From Mytilus trossulus (lineage: Eukaryota), in assembly GCF_036588685.1 (NCBI RefSeq), contig NC_086375.1:22878001-22942000 (forward strand): DNA of 64,000 bases, written 5' to 3'. The position numbers and the translations under genes are program-made. Positions 11,755 through 24,350 of the stretch are shown here, in pieces. The notes under the pieces are model-generated. The model did no database searches. It was not told the DNA's origin and saw only the letters and a program-made list of their open reading frames with translations. Numbering within the stretch: the first letter of the stretch is position 1; the number at the start of each line of letters is the position of its first letter.

Positions 11755-14700
11755 TATAGACAATAATAGTTCATTGACTTGACATATCAACGATATAAGG
11801 ATGGGGCTTAGAAACGGGGAAATGCGAGGCTGTGCAGGATATGTCAAGTCAATGCATTATTATTGTCTTTATACTGCAATCTAAAAAAAACCATTTTCAA
11901 TTGTTATTTAGTGTGTTAATGTTATTTATTTGATTTAAATATTTAATTCAAATATTTATTGCCATATAAACTTTAAACATTAAGTTTGTGACATATAAAA
12001 TAATAAACAATATAACTATATTTCACATATATATATACACAATCATCCATTTACAGTAACTATTCCAGTGTTCACTGTCCTCAGTTCTAATGACCTTTTG
12101 ATGTAGGACCCCAAATTATTTACTTGTGATGGTGTTGATGGATTGAGTATAGAAATCAACTTTTCTTCATCAGATAAATCTTTAACAGAAAAATTAAAAT
12201 CCAAGTTGTTAAAAAAGTTATTTCTTAGTTCCATATTTAATTTACAATCTAATATAAAATGTTTTTCGTTTTCTAATGTTTTACATTTAAGGCATAATCT
12301 CTGCTCTCTAGGAATATTTGTATGTCTGCCTTTTTCTATATTTAAATTATGGTCACTTATTCTTAGTTTTGTTATTAATTTTCTATAAGTAAAGTTTGAT
12401 GTTCTTAAATAGTCTTCAAAACACAAATTTTGTTTAAGATTCTTATATAAATAAAATTTACTTTTTTCATCTATGTTTTGCATCTTATCATGTATCAAAT
12501 TTTCAAAGAAGTTTTTAGAGCTTGTTTTTATATAAACTTTAAATGAATTATTTATTTTTTTGTCTGAACTAGTATTTTGTTGAATTTGTGATATATCTAT
12601 ATTAAGTTCACTTAAAATATTTTTAACATAGGTAAACCAGGAGTATACTCCTTCCGAGTCTAAGTTTTTACTAAGCAGCTAAGCTTCTGTCAAAAGAGGA
12701 TTTAATTTACAGCATTCAAATCTCTTTAAATATAATAAAGTTTGTGTTTTAATATTAAATTCTATAGGAAGTCTCCCCAATTCAGCTCTAGTTGCAAGAT
12801 TAGATGCATTCTTTCTAGTTCCTAGTAAAAAAATTCAAAATTGCAAGTGTAATTTTTCAATTGGACTTTTTTCTGCAAAATTTAAAATATCTACTTTCTT
12901 TCCAGAATTTAAAGCTCTGTTTTTTGCTCTAAAAAGAGATATATATTTGTCTAAATATGTAACTTCAGAGTTGTATATCATTATTGGTTTATTGAGGGAA
13001 TCAAAGAGGTGGCATGCAACTTTGACTGGTATTCAGAGACTTAGTGTAAGCTTTTAACCCAAATAATGCTTTTTTGGCTTTATAAACAAGTTCTTTAGTG
13101 CTATGAGACATGTTGCCATTGCATTTAATTAATAAGCCTAAAAATGAGTATTCTGATACATTATCAATGTGACTGTTTTTAAAATTCAAAAATGTTTTTT
13201 CTAGTTTAGAGCATGTCCTATTAAATATCATAGATTTTGTCTTTTTAATATTCAATTCTATCTGCCATTTATCACAGTATAAAGCTAAATTATTTAGACT
13301 ATTATGTAGCCCTGTTTTAGTTTCTGAAAAAAATAACAAGTCATCTGCAAACAGCAGGCAACTTAGTTTTGAGTCTATAATTTTTAGAGGATAACACAAG
13401 TCATTATCAAAGACCTCTGTGATGTCTTTAATGAATATATTAAATAAAGTAGGACTCAGTGAATCACCTTGTTTTACCCCTCTTGTAATATTAAACATAT
13501 CAGTTACCATGTTTTTGTATTTAATTGAAGACCCAGTGTCATCATATTGATGTTTTATAATGTTAAAAAATTTCTTCCCTACCCCCATATTATAAAGTTT
13601 GTTCAAAAGAGCATCTCTCCATACAGAGTCAAATGCCTTTCTTAAATCTACAAAACAAGCATAAAATTTCTTTTTGTTTTTATGTAAATACTTATTTATT
13701 AGAGATTTTAATATAAAAATGCTATCTGCAGTTCTGTGATTCTCTCTAAAACCGAATTGGCTGTTACTTAATTGTTCATCTATAATTTTAGTGAGCCTAT
13801 TGTTTAGAGTTGCATTAAATATTTTTGCAAGACAATTAATCATAGAGACTCCTCTGTAGTTATTGGGATCATTTTTATCTCCAGATTTATGTAATGGGAC
13901 TAAAAATGAGTTTCTCCATGTTTGAGGGTATTTCCCTGTTAACAGAATAAGATTAAATATTTTTACATAATTTTTAATCATAAATGGGTTAGAGTATTTT
14001 ATAACTTCATTTATAATTCTATCAGGGCCAGCAACTTTCCCTACTTTTAGTCCATTTATAACTTTTTTTATTTCTGAGAAACTGAAAGGTTTATCTGTTT
14101 CTAAATTTTCTATAATATTATTTTCTATATTCTTAAGTTTATTTTCTATTTCCCTTTGGAAGGTGGTATTAATTTTAGTTGGATTTCCTTGATCTATAAA
14201 GTGCTTGATCAGTTTGTCTTCTTCTTTTAATATTTCAGGGATAGTATCCGTTTCATCTGTTCTCTTTTTTATAAATGATTTTAGAATGTTCCAATATTCT
14301 TTTGGACTTTTACCACTATTATTCTATTTTCTTTAGCTTTACCATCTTTTTAAGATTTTTGCAAAGAAGAAAATATTTTTGTTTTAAATGATTATTAATA
14401 GGGTTATGTTTTATTTTATTACCAATGGAATTAATCTCTCTTTTTGTTTCATAAATTACATTATCTGACCAAGGTTGTCTTTTTTTCTTTTTCTTTTTCT
14501 TTTTACTTCCAAAAAATTTCTTACATGCTTATTGGGAAAAATCCTCCTTTAAAAAGGCCTCATATCACACCTGTCAGGCGGAGAAATATACAACACGATG
14601 AAATGTACATCATTACCTGTTGAAAACCGCAATCAATGCAAATTCGTTTGTTTACAGACTAAAATATCAACAATAAACATAAAACATAATCATTTATAGG

Positions 14701-14957
14701 TTGCAAACAAAAAATAATAAGTGAAATATGTTTTCCCAAAAATTGTAAAAGAAACAAGTTTGAGTCGTAAACGCGTCATTGTTTACATTGGAAACAAGAA
14801 CAGGTTGAAGAGGTCGTATGAATAATTAAATATAATTTCGACAATTTCTATTTAAATATGCATGAGGAAAAGTGATATCAGGTCAGTGATTGTATATGAC
14901 ATAGAAATATACGGTCAACGCATTTTGACTGCTCAAATACAACGAGTGCAGTATAAA
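11755..14957. mobile_element. Non-autonomous double-palindrome element interrupted by a LINE
   Basis: A long hairpin (arms ~11759-11788 and ~11838-11867) is followed by tttatactgca (11868-11878). The inverted partner tgcagtataaa lies at 14947-14957, on the far side of the LINE. Confidence 0.5.
11945..14500 (-). mobile_element. 5'-truncated, frameshifted non-LTR retrotransposon (LINE ORF2; probably RTE-X-like)
   Basis: ORF 13981-13001 carries RT motifs NNYRGVS, QFGFR, FVDLRKAFDSV, GVKQGDSLSPTLFNIF and LLFADDL. ORF 12498-12043 carries the C-terminal LRISDHNLNIEKGR...CLKC...ENEKHFILDC zinc knuckle. No endonuclease domain was seen. The clade assignment is tentative. Confidence 0.92.
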
Positions 14958-15054
14958 TTCAGCTATACTATTTTGACTGATCATTCAGAAAATAAAACAC
15001 AACAACAGTGAAAAATATTGAAAATTTAATGTTAACTTATACAAAAACGATTTA

Positions 15055-18000
15055 TCAAACTACAGATGCTGCTTTGTCCATTTCCTGTCGTTTAATACAA
15101 GAAAAATTCCGGAAAAATGCACGAATGTTTGCTGAAAATGTGTCCTTCTTTCCATCAATGGTTGTATCTATTCTTACAATGTTTTCCTTCATAATATCCA
15201 AAGTTTGAGAATCTTTCTCCTTTTGATCTATAACCTTTTCTTCTCCTTTTTTAGCTTTTCTATTTTTCATAGCAATTTCTTTAGTCTCTACATCATCAAC
15301 AGTGTGAGCCTCTTTCTTCTCATAGTCCTCATTATTCCCTGTAACTTTCTTAACTTTGCTTTTCTTTATATCGTTTTGTTCTTTCTTTACACCTAAAGCT
15401 TGGGCCTGTTTCTTCTTTTCGTTCTTTACACATTCTTTCTCTCTTTTATTTATTTCTATAAATGTAAGTGTTACACTCAAATAAGTTTATGAAGTTTTAA
15501 AAATAAAATATGAAAATAACGCAAGTGCTCTTACGTTCAACGAGACACTAAAATACAATGAAGACACACGTGCAAAAAATATTTTTTTATTGCATACAAC
15601 ATACTTTGTTTCAGTTCCATCTATTTGATCATGTTTTACTTTATTTGTTAAATTGGCTGTAATTTAAATAATGTTTTAAGCAAATATTTTCACTGCAAGA
15701 AAAGCGTCAGCGTCCGAGAAGCAACTGAATAAGCGACTGGTTTTATTAATAAATTAAATGAGTTTCTGTTGTTCTTTTTTAACGTTAATTATATGTAGTG
15801 GGTATTAATAATAACAAAATACAACAAATATTTTCATAGGAAGCTTTGATGTTCAGTGTTCCAATCGTAAATCTAACCAACGCTTAAGAAACTTTTAACG
15901 GAAATGAATTTAAATATTATTAAATTTATAATTTTCGAGTTTGTACGATGTTTTATTCATCATTGGCATGTGTTGGTTAAACTAAAAAAAACATTAAGGA
16001 GAAAAACCCTAAAAGAATACGTTTCAATGTACCTTTCTCCAACATCTTAAGGGCTTTTTTCTCCGCCTTTTCCATTTGTTCCCTCCTCTTTTCTTCCTTC
16101 TTGTGTTGTATTCTAACATCCTTGCTGTACCTTGACATAATGCTGTCAACTGCTTTGAAATACAACTGCACGACTTTTTCCTCTTCTTTGGCTATTTTCA
16201 TTCTAATTTTCTCCTCTTTCTTCAATTTTCTTTTTTCCCTTTTTTTGTCCTTTTTTGTAGGTTTGCTAATAGCTCCATTTAAATCAAAATTTTGGACTGT
16301 ATCCTATAAAAAAAAATGCCCATCGTTTATATAGTCCCAGATGTCATCCTGTTCCACAATCATTCGAGGAAAATATCAATAATAACATATCTATAAATAA
16401 AACATTAAAAAAAAACCCAGGAATTTCCAAAGTATTGGACAGAACCACAGACTTCAGCAACCAACATCGCCTCCCTACTACTAACCAATTAACACGAAAA
16501 GTAACAATATATGGCAAAGATAGTGAGACTGTGGACATTAGGTTATATCTCTATTAGAAAATGCCTGTACCAAGTCAGGAAAATGGCAGTTCTTGTCCAT
16601 TCGTTTTTGATGCGTTTTGTTATTTGATTTTGCCATGTGATTATGGACTTTCCGAATTGATTTTCCTCTAAGTTCAGTATTTTTGTGATTTTACTTTATA
16701 CCCGTTGTACGTACTTGATAAACCTCCTTATTATACGTGTATCAAGTACAACACGACTTTCACCGATTGGAAATAAATCCTTTTAACTATAGTAAGACAA
16801 AACAAAAGATAACTGGATTTACTCACATATTCCACAGTACATTTGATCAGACCAACCATGAACCAAAACCCCACTCCGCAGATTGAAAAGAAACACCATA
16901 TACTGATATACATGCACAAAGACCACAAATAACTGATAATATAAGAAGAACATAGCCAGATTCTACAACAAGTAGTGGGGTTAAACCGGGGCTTAAACCA
17001 GTTTGCCAAGAGGTCTCAAAAGTAAAACATGCTTTCAAAGTTTATACAGCCACCAACAAGATGACCATTAATAAGGGTAAAAAACATAGGAGTCCTGTAA
17101 TTTAAACTGGTATTTTTTTAAAATAATATAAAGTTATAACAACCTTTGGAATGTTAGAGTTGTGCCAGTTCACATCGAAAATAACTATTTTCATTTGGCA
17201 TATCTTTGTAATCTTTGCTCCGTGTTTGGAAATTTAAAAATTTTATTAGCGTCTGTGGTGTTCGCTTAAATTGTATACATTCAAGATTTAAAAAAAGTTT
17301 CTCAGTTTGAATATATTGTCATGATTCCTTTGACATCGTGCTATTAATGAAGAAGGATATCTGTCATCCGAAATATCTAATATTTTTTTTCATTTTATAG
17401 TTATTTATGGTAGAGCCCAGGTGGTCGTGTGGTCTAGCGGGACGGCTGCAGTGCAGGCGATTTGGTGTCACGATATCACAGAAGCATGGGTTCGAATCCC
17501 GGCGAGGGAAGAACCAAAAATTTGAGAAAGCAAATTTACAGATCTAACATTGTTGGGTTGATGTTTAGACGAGTTGTATATATATATATAGATATATATG
17601 TTATTAATATCAACTTCACTTTTTTTAAACATTTATCATGTATTATGTTTCTTGTCACTTGTGTATACAATGTACTATGTTTGCATTTCAACCCGTCAGT
17701 GTTTCATGTTTTTTTGCAATAAAGTTATAAAGTTATATATAACAGGTTTCATTGGTAATATTTGTTAGAGGCGTGGTTTTTTTTTTAACTTTATATTACT
17801 TAGTGTTTTCTGCAGGACATTATCAAGCAAATCTAGCAATCAATCAACCTTGTTAAATCTTACAGCAAAAAGTAACATTTTACCATTTTCACTTGTAACA
17901 GAGTGGCTATTCTCCCCTTCATGTTCAGTGGCAAATAGTTCGTACATATTCAGGACAAAGAAAAGCAATAAAAAAGATATCTGTCCACCGCCCATTAATA

Positions 18001-19692
18001 GTTCACAGTATATCATGTAAGATTGTTTCTGTAATCACCATCTTTCCTATTTACCTTAAAAACATATCTGTCATCTTTCATCGTTTTCTCTGTTGGTCCT
18101 ATAAAATGAACAAAATAAATAAACTTAGTAAAGTGAAATATAAAGATGAAACATGAAATAATTCTTAATATCCTTCAAATCAATCGACTTTACCATTTAT
18201 GTTATTTACTGATGTTTAATGAACGATCCGAAACTCTGTGCTACTGTTCAGCTCAAGGTGAATAACATAAAACAGGGAACTTATAGGTATAGCTGAAAAA
18301 ACTTATCATTTTAACTTAAAGCAAAAACAAAAAAGAACTCAAGAAATACGACTCAATTATGGAGAAGATTTAAAAAGTATTACGTACTTGTGTCTCAAAT
18401 GTAGGAAATAAAATATATTTAAACTTAACCAAATATTTGTTCAATTAGCAAAGTTGAATTCAAGAATAAAGAAGAAGTGACGTCATTACCTGGTGCTGTC
18501 ATTGATGCATTCTGCTGTTCTTCTTCGTCAAGTGATTCCCCTAACTCTTTCAATATATCATCTACACATTGAGTGTCGTCTGGAACTGTCAATTCAGTGT
18601 CCTCTGTTTCTGTATTTTCTTCTGCAGTTGTGTTCTGATCTTTTAATTTATCTAAATGGAGAAACAGGCCTTTGTTAGGCTTGTATGATTTTTAATTTTA
18701 GTTTCTTGTGTATATTTCAGAGTTTAGTATGACGTCAATTATCACTGAACTAGTATATATTTTTGTTTAGTGGTCAACTGAAGCACAACTCCGGGTTAGG
18801 AAGTTTCTCGCTGCATCGAAGACCAATTGGTGGCTTTCGACTGTTGTCTGCTCTTTGGTCGGGTTGTTGTCTCTTTGACACATTACCCATTTCCATTCTC
18901 AATTTTGTATATCACAATTATCTTGAACAATGGGGGGATGGCCTGCTATATTGTGCATGATGAGACAACAATCTAACAGCTCAAATAAACAAAAGTGTCT
19001 GATAAACTTAAGTGACCATTTGTATACACGCGAGGCGATGTTGACCTTGACATTTGTAAGGCTTTGAAACAGAGAATCAGAATGACATTGTTTTATCTGA
19101 GAAATTACCCATTATTGTGCATGAAACTTTTTACTCAGTTTTGCCTTCATACAAACATATCTACAAACAATTTCGTTTTATATCCAGTATCATCTTGAAC
19201 AGTTTGTTTTACAAAACATAAGGTTATAATTTGGTGGGGTTCGTGTTGTTTATTCTTTAGTTTTCTATGTTGTGTCATGTGTACTATTGTTTTCTGTTTG
19301 TCTTTTTCATTTTTAGCCATGGCGTTGTCAGTTTGTTTTAGATTTACGAGCTTGACTGTCCCTTTGGTATCTTTCGTCCCTCTTTTTTTTATCTATATGT
19401 TAAGAAAATACTAGTAGTGGTCAATACATGTACAAAAGGATCATAAAAGACAATCTTTATTTTGATTTATAATTCAGAAGTGTAAGCTAAGACAGAGGAG
19501 GAAGACTATTTGAATGACGGGCATACCTAATTCCTTTATTAATACAGACTCCCTAACTTCCGCTGCTCTGATTTCAACCTCCACAACTTCCCATTTTTCA
19601 AGCGTGAACTTGAAAGTTGCAACACTAAGGATTGCCTCACTCGGGCCAGCTTCTGTCTGATGTACCCTTTCTTCTTGGGATGACATCTCCAT
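15055..19692 (-). CDS. Uncharacterised 5-exon gene, ~347 aa, acidic N-terminal part and Lys/Glu-rich coiled-coil C-terminal part
   Basis: Exons 19692-19527, 18651-18490, 18098-18055, 16303-16033 and 15455-15055. All introns are GT-AG; phases 1,1,0,1 join into one open 1044-nt frame (MEMSSQEERVHQ...TFSANIRAFFRNFSCIKRQEMDKAASVV*). An acceptor just upstream of the ATG (19700-19701) implies a further upstream exon, possibly 20428-20400. Confidence 0.75.
17413..17600 (+). mobile_element. tRNA-derived SINE with Pol III A and B boxes and (TA)n tail
   Basis: A-box-like tggtcgtgtggtctagcgg, B box GGTTCGAATCCC at 17489-17500, an unrelated body and a (TA)n tail. No complete cloverleaf. Confidence 0.75.
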
Positions 19693-21224
19693 GTTTATCC
19701 TGTTGATTGTTGAGATAAATGACAAAATTAAAAATGCATTGTGAAATTTGTTGTTACCCCTCCCCTATGTCCCCCTTCAAAAATTCAGTCTGCTTAAGCA
19801 ATTATACATTATATTTGATTGTTTTTATGACTACTTATTGTATTGTATAAATGAACAGAAAAATCTAAGCTAGCTCTTAAACATTCATTTGACCAATGCA
19901 TTTACTCTAACTTTGCTCAATTTCAAATTTTCAAATGGCTTCAAACCCTGAAACTGATTCTAGAATAAACGAAATTTAACATATCTAATTTGCCAAATTT
20001 CTACCCAGTTAAGTTAATGGGAACTTAATATTGACCCTGAATGCATTTTATCTCAGATTACTGTATCATAGAGCTCCAATTTTAAGGTCAAACGTACTTT
20101 TAGAATTAGCTGTCTAGCCAAACTAAATGTATCGCAAAATCTATGGAAGTATAGAGGATGATCAGCAAATTTAACATACATTGAAATGTTTTAATACTTT
20201 ATTAGGAGATATAACAACGACCTTCTCATTAACGTAACTTCAAGACAATGGAAAAGAAGACTTACATCAACTTTTAGGTGATGAAGGCCTTAAAAAAAAT
20301 CCCTTAACGATGATTTTCCTTTTTTGTCTCATTAGCTTTTTTTTTTTTGAAATGGAAAACAGAGTGACTTGGTTAAAAAGTACATATTAAAAAACTCACC
20401 ACACTTCTCTTTTGATTTCCACTATCTTCTGAAAAGCTGCACGGGATTAATATTTTAAAAAACTCTAAAAACTTATCCTTGTGTAATCTATTGCCGATAC
20501 TTCGACAATAACGTTGTCAGCGGAGATGTTTGTTTATGACGTCGATGTGAATGGAATAAGCGCAAGCGCAACATCTTCTCGGATTCCTTGGATAATGCTG
20601 TGGTAAATGTCATCATCAATTTCGTACATTGTATTTTAATCATATCCCGCCTAATACAGTGACGGAGGAATTCGTCCGTCCGTCCGTATGTGTGTTGTAC
20701 CGTTCGTAGTTTTGTTGCGGTATTTTATCCGCTTCCACGCTTTAACTGATGAACGAAAATTAATGAGACTTTGTCGAGATTTTACTGAAAATATTAACTT
20801 CTGCGCCTATTATTTCATTTTTATCATTTGACCACATTTTGGGTTTTACTTTTGGAAGAAATTATATTTACACACTATAGTAAACATTTGTTATCCCCTT
20901 ATCACATTTACATTATTTTTTTGCAGATTCTCAACTGTGTAATGCTATTGTACACTTTCTCGTTGTTTTGTGTGTATGTGGGGCGGGGGATAGGATATTT
21001 TTCTTTGGGTTCCCCTAGTAGGCTAAGGTATGGACCACACTTTTGCTTTATTTTTAGTTTACCACTATTTTTATGCATAAATCTTCTTAATAAAATTAAG
21101 AATGGAAATGGGGAATATGTCAGAGAGACAACAACCCGACCAAAAAGCAGACATCAGCTGAATGCCACCGATGTACTGCTTGTTCCTTCACGGTATTTTA
21201 TACATATTGTTTTGGTCATATTTT

Positions 21225-21372
21225 CCATATTCTGTGTAGTGTTGTGTGGACTGAGGTAAATTGATCTGTGTAGTGTTGTGTGAACTGTTGTAAGTTGATT
21301 CGTGTAGTGTTGTATGAACTGTTGTAAGTTGATATGTGTAGTGTTGTGCATACAGTTGTAAGATGATATGTG
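21225..21372. repeat. ~34-bp minisatellite, about 4 units
   Basis: tgtgtagtgttgtgtgaactgttgtaagttgat repeated. Confidence 0.85.
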
Positions 21373-22014
21373 TAAAGCGACACGAATGGCCCCGTCCCAA
21401 ACTCGTGTGCGATTATTTTTAGGAACTTTTGATATTGTGTCATATTTCTAAATTCAATATTGATTTGCTGATTATTGTACATAATGAGAACTCAAAATAA
21501 GAAGATGTAAGCAACTATATGTAACTGTATTGCAATTACTGTAACAATAAGCAACACTTATTCATATATGATAGCTAAATAAAAAGCCACCTACATGACA
21601 AAATGCAACAATTCAAAAGAAAAAACAACATCGGATGCTTTATGAAATAACAATAAATGACAAACAGAGTCAGCAACACACAGCAACCTTTTTGTTAATT
21701 GCAGATTCCCGACTTTGGGACACGCACATATAGCATTTGGGGGGTTGAACATGATTTTAACGATCAACCCTCTCCCTAACCTGGTACAATGGTGAACAAG
21801 GTATAAACAAAAATACCGAACGCCAGGGTAAATTAAAAAAGGGGTAGTTCATAAGACTTGACAATCTCAGGTGCTAGACTATTTCAACTAACGGAAAGAA
21901 TGGTAAACAATTATGGTCATATTCCTCATAACAGCACTTCTTAAAAACAAATTGTATGAATAAGTTGGGAATAGTTTGATCTTTCATAACGGAACGACGC
22001 ACATAAAATAACTA

Positions 22015-22125
22015 ATATAAAAAAAGAAGATGTGGTATGATTGCCAATGAGACAACTATCCACAAAAGACCAAAATGACACAAACATTAACAACTATATG
22101 TCACCGTACGGCCTTCAACAATGAA
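22015..22125 (+). repeat. Representative copy of an abundant interspersed repeat (aagaagatgtggtatgattgccaatgagacaac...)
   Basis: Related copies at ~4636-4716, ~10460-10660, ~27215-27485(-), 34640-34748(-), ~42495-42760(-), ~49055-49160, ~50335-50375, ~55575-55775(-), ~56425-56480 and ~63290-63335(-). Confidence 0.85.
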
Positions 22126-22771
22126 TACAACTGACACAAAGTACCGATCTATGAGTACTCAAAGCTTAAAGCCAAATCTAGGTAATATCAAAGATCTGAA
22201 ATTTAACATAAAAGTTTCAAGTTGAAAATAGCGTGGTACATTGTATGTCAATCTGATAACGGTTCAGATATTTGTAAAACTTTTACATAATAGTTACATA
22301 ACAGTTGCAATAAAACTTCAATAATTATACTTAGATTTTCAATGATCGAGTCAGGTAATTTGGACAAGACTAAAATGATCCGTTTATTTCGAGTGTTCTG
22401 TTATGTCAGATAATCATAATATTAAATCACAACTTTAGATCTATAAAATAATCTATATTGAAATAAATGAAATCAACAAAATGTTTACATAAAGGTTATA
22501 ACCCACATTACAAAAGTCTTGCCACTGGACGTTAAGCAACCAACAATTATTATATTACAAAAGTGACACGCCGGAAAGTTGAATAAAATGATTACGAAAT
22601 TAAATGAAAGAAACAAACAAAATGTTAAAAGCTATATTATGAAAGTTTTGCCACTGGACGTTAAGCAACCAATGATCATTATATTATGAAAGTGAAAGGC
22701 GAATAGTATAATTACGAAGTTCAAAGAAGATTATTTTTTACCAATTTATTAATGATCTAATAAATATTCCA

Positions 22772-23428
22772 TCATAAACTCTCGTCTAATGGTAGTAATC
22801 TAACCGGGTATTTTATACGTCTTATAGGCGTAGGTTTTCCATAGTTTGTTTCCCATAGAGGAGGTTTCTGTTTGAGTTGTTCCATTCGACGTCGTTTCAT
22901 TTCCTGTTTTAGAATTTCCTCTCGTCTCTCAGCACGAAGACGAGAAGTTCCAGCATTAAGCAACGTGGAATTTTCCATAGACAACCGTACTACGTCACTT
23001 AGATCTTTTTTCTTCTTTTTCCAAGACACCCACGTTGTATCTTCGAGTTCGAGTCTAAATCCTATCGTATGATAAGAATCTGGAGCAGTGCAGGGGAAAT
23101 GTGGACACTGTCGGTCTCTAAGGACTCCATAAACACAAGAAACACTCCTTCGTATACTCTGTCGTGAATCTGGAGTCACTGATAATCTACCGTACATTGA
23201 ACTTGAGGTTATCCTAGGAAGAGCTACGCCTGCTCTGCTATTTTCAAATTCTAAATTTTCCAATTGTTTCTTCACTAATTTGATAGAATTTTCCATCTTA
23301 TCCTTTTGAATATTGCATTTCTTGTCAATGGAATGTAAATGGTGTTCCATCTGGTTCTCACAAACTCTTCGAATCTTCCTGAATTTCAGCTCAGGACTAA
23401 TATTCAAAACTCTGTTCTTCTGCTTCAT
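22772..23428 (-). CDS. Uncharacterised basic protein, 218 aa, single coding exon
   Basis: ATG-initiated 657-nt ORF in AT-rich DNA where other non-TE ORFs are mostly under 100 aa. It has protein-like coiled-coil segments and a Cys/His patch (CPHFPC). I do not recognise the family. Confidence 0.6.
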   Translation of the reverse strand: MKQKNRVLNISPELKFRKIRRVCENQMEHHLHSIDKKCNIQKDKMENSIKLVKKQLENLEFENSRAGVALPRITSSSMYGRLSVTPDSRQSIRRSVSCVYGVLRDRQCPHFPCTAPDSYHTIGFRLELEDTTWVSWKKKKKDLSDVVRLSMENSTLLNAGTSRLRAERREEILKQEMKRRRMEQLKQKPPLWETNYGKPTPIRRIKYPVRLLPLDESL

Positions 23429-24164
23429 TTTTATTTTAATTAAATGCGATAAAATCCTTTAATATATCAAAATTCTCGACCAAACTTCAGAGCTATTTCC
23501 ACATGTAACATATTGCAATTTCCTAACCTTTTTAAAGAATAGCTGCAAGTTCAAAGCATTTTTGAAAAGTAAAAGTATAATTTGTCCTGATGCATCCAAG
23601 CAAATATTAATGAAAGTTTAAATTCGCTAATCACTCTCTACCTGTGCTTAGTTTCTTTTACAATAGTCTATCAACTGTCGATAGAAGCCACAATACGTGA
23701 GCAAACATTAAACAATTTATATAGTATATATAAACGCAACTGCCAAGTGTGAAAACATTGAGAAATTTATATCTGCATTCTCTATACAAATGTAAATGAA
23801 CTTGGGCTTTATGCTATTAATCTATCACTTCAAGGGAATTTATAAAGCTAATAAATTAAATATAAAATGGAAACTTTGTAAATTAAACATTTGATGGATA
23901 ATATTGTTTAGTTATGGACATTTTTTGAATATATGTATTGACATAATCTATATAAACCCTGTTTGCATAAAACATTACAGCAGAATTTGGTCCTAAATGG
24001 TAAACAATGTATAAACATTCAATAGCAAATTTAAATATTGAAAATTTGATGCAGAAAGAGAAAAATCAATAAGAGTTTTCTAATAAAATCGTATGTTAAA
24101 GGGGAACACTATTGATTGAGGACAACGAAACAAAAGAAATCTATAGTATTGAAACCACGATTCA

Positions 24165-24350
24165 ATAGAGAATTATTTACACTCGGTTTAAAAATCTCAT
24201 TGAAAGTTCTTTGTCTGGATTATGCAACACCATAACCCTTTAACATCATATCCAGCTCGATAGAGAATTATTACACTCTGTTTGAATATATCATTGAAGT
24301 TCTTTGTCTGGTTTATGCATAACTATAACCGTTTAAAATTATTTCCAGCT
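24165..24350. repeat. Two-copy ~95-bp tandem duplication
   Basis: atagagaattattacactc...attgaagttctttgtctgg..ttatgca...tccagctc occurs twice. Confidence 0.8.

Noticed and set aside
12143-12388. Plus-strand shadow ORFs opposite real coding regions (also 16101-16334, 22872-23072, 32597-32839, 45750-45938)
   Set aside because: They are antisense by-products of coding sequence on the other strand.
17413-17510. tRNA gene
   Set aside because: It has A and B boxes but no acceptor stem or cloverleaf, and it continues into a body and (TA)n tail, so it is a SINE.
21154-21482. Overlapping His/Thr/Gln-rich ORFs
   Set aside because: These are translations of the 34-bp minisatellite.
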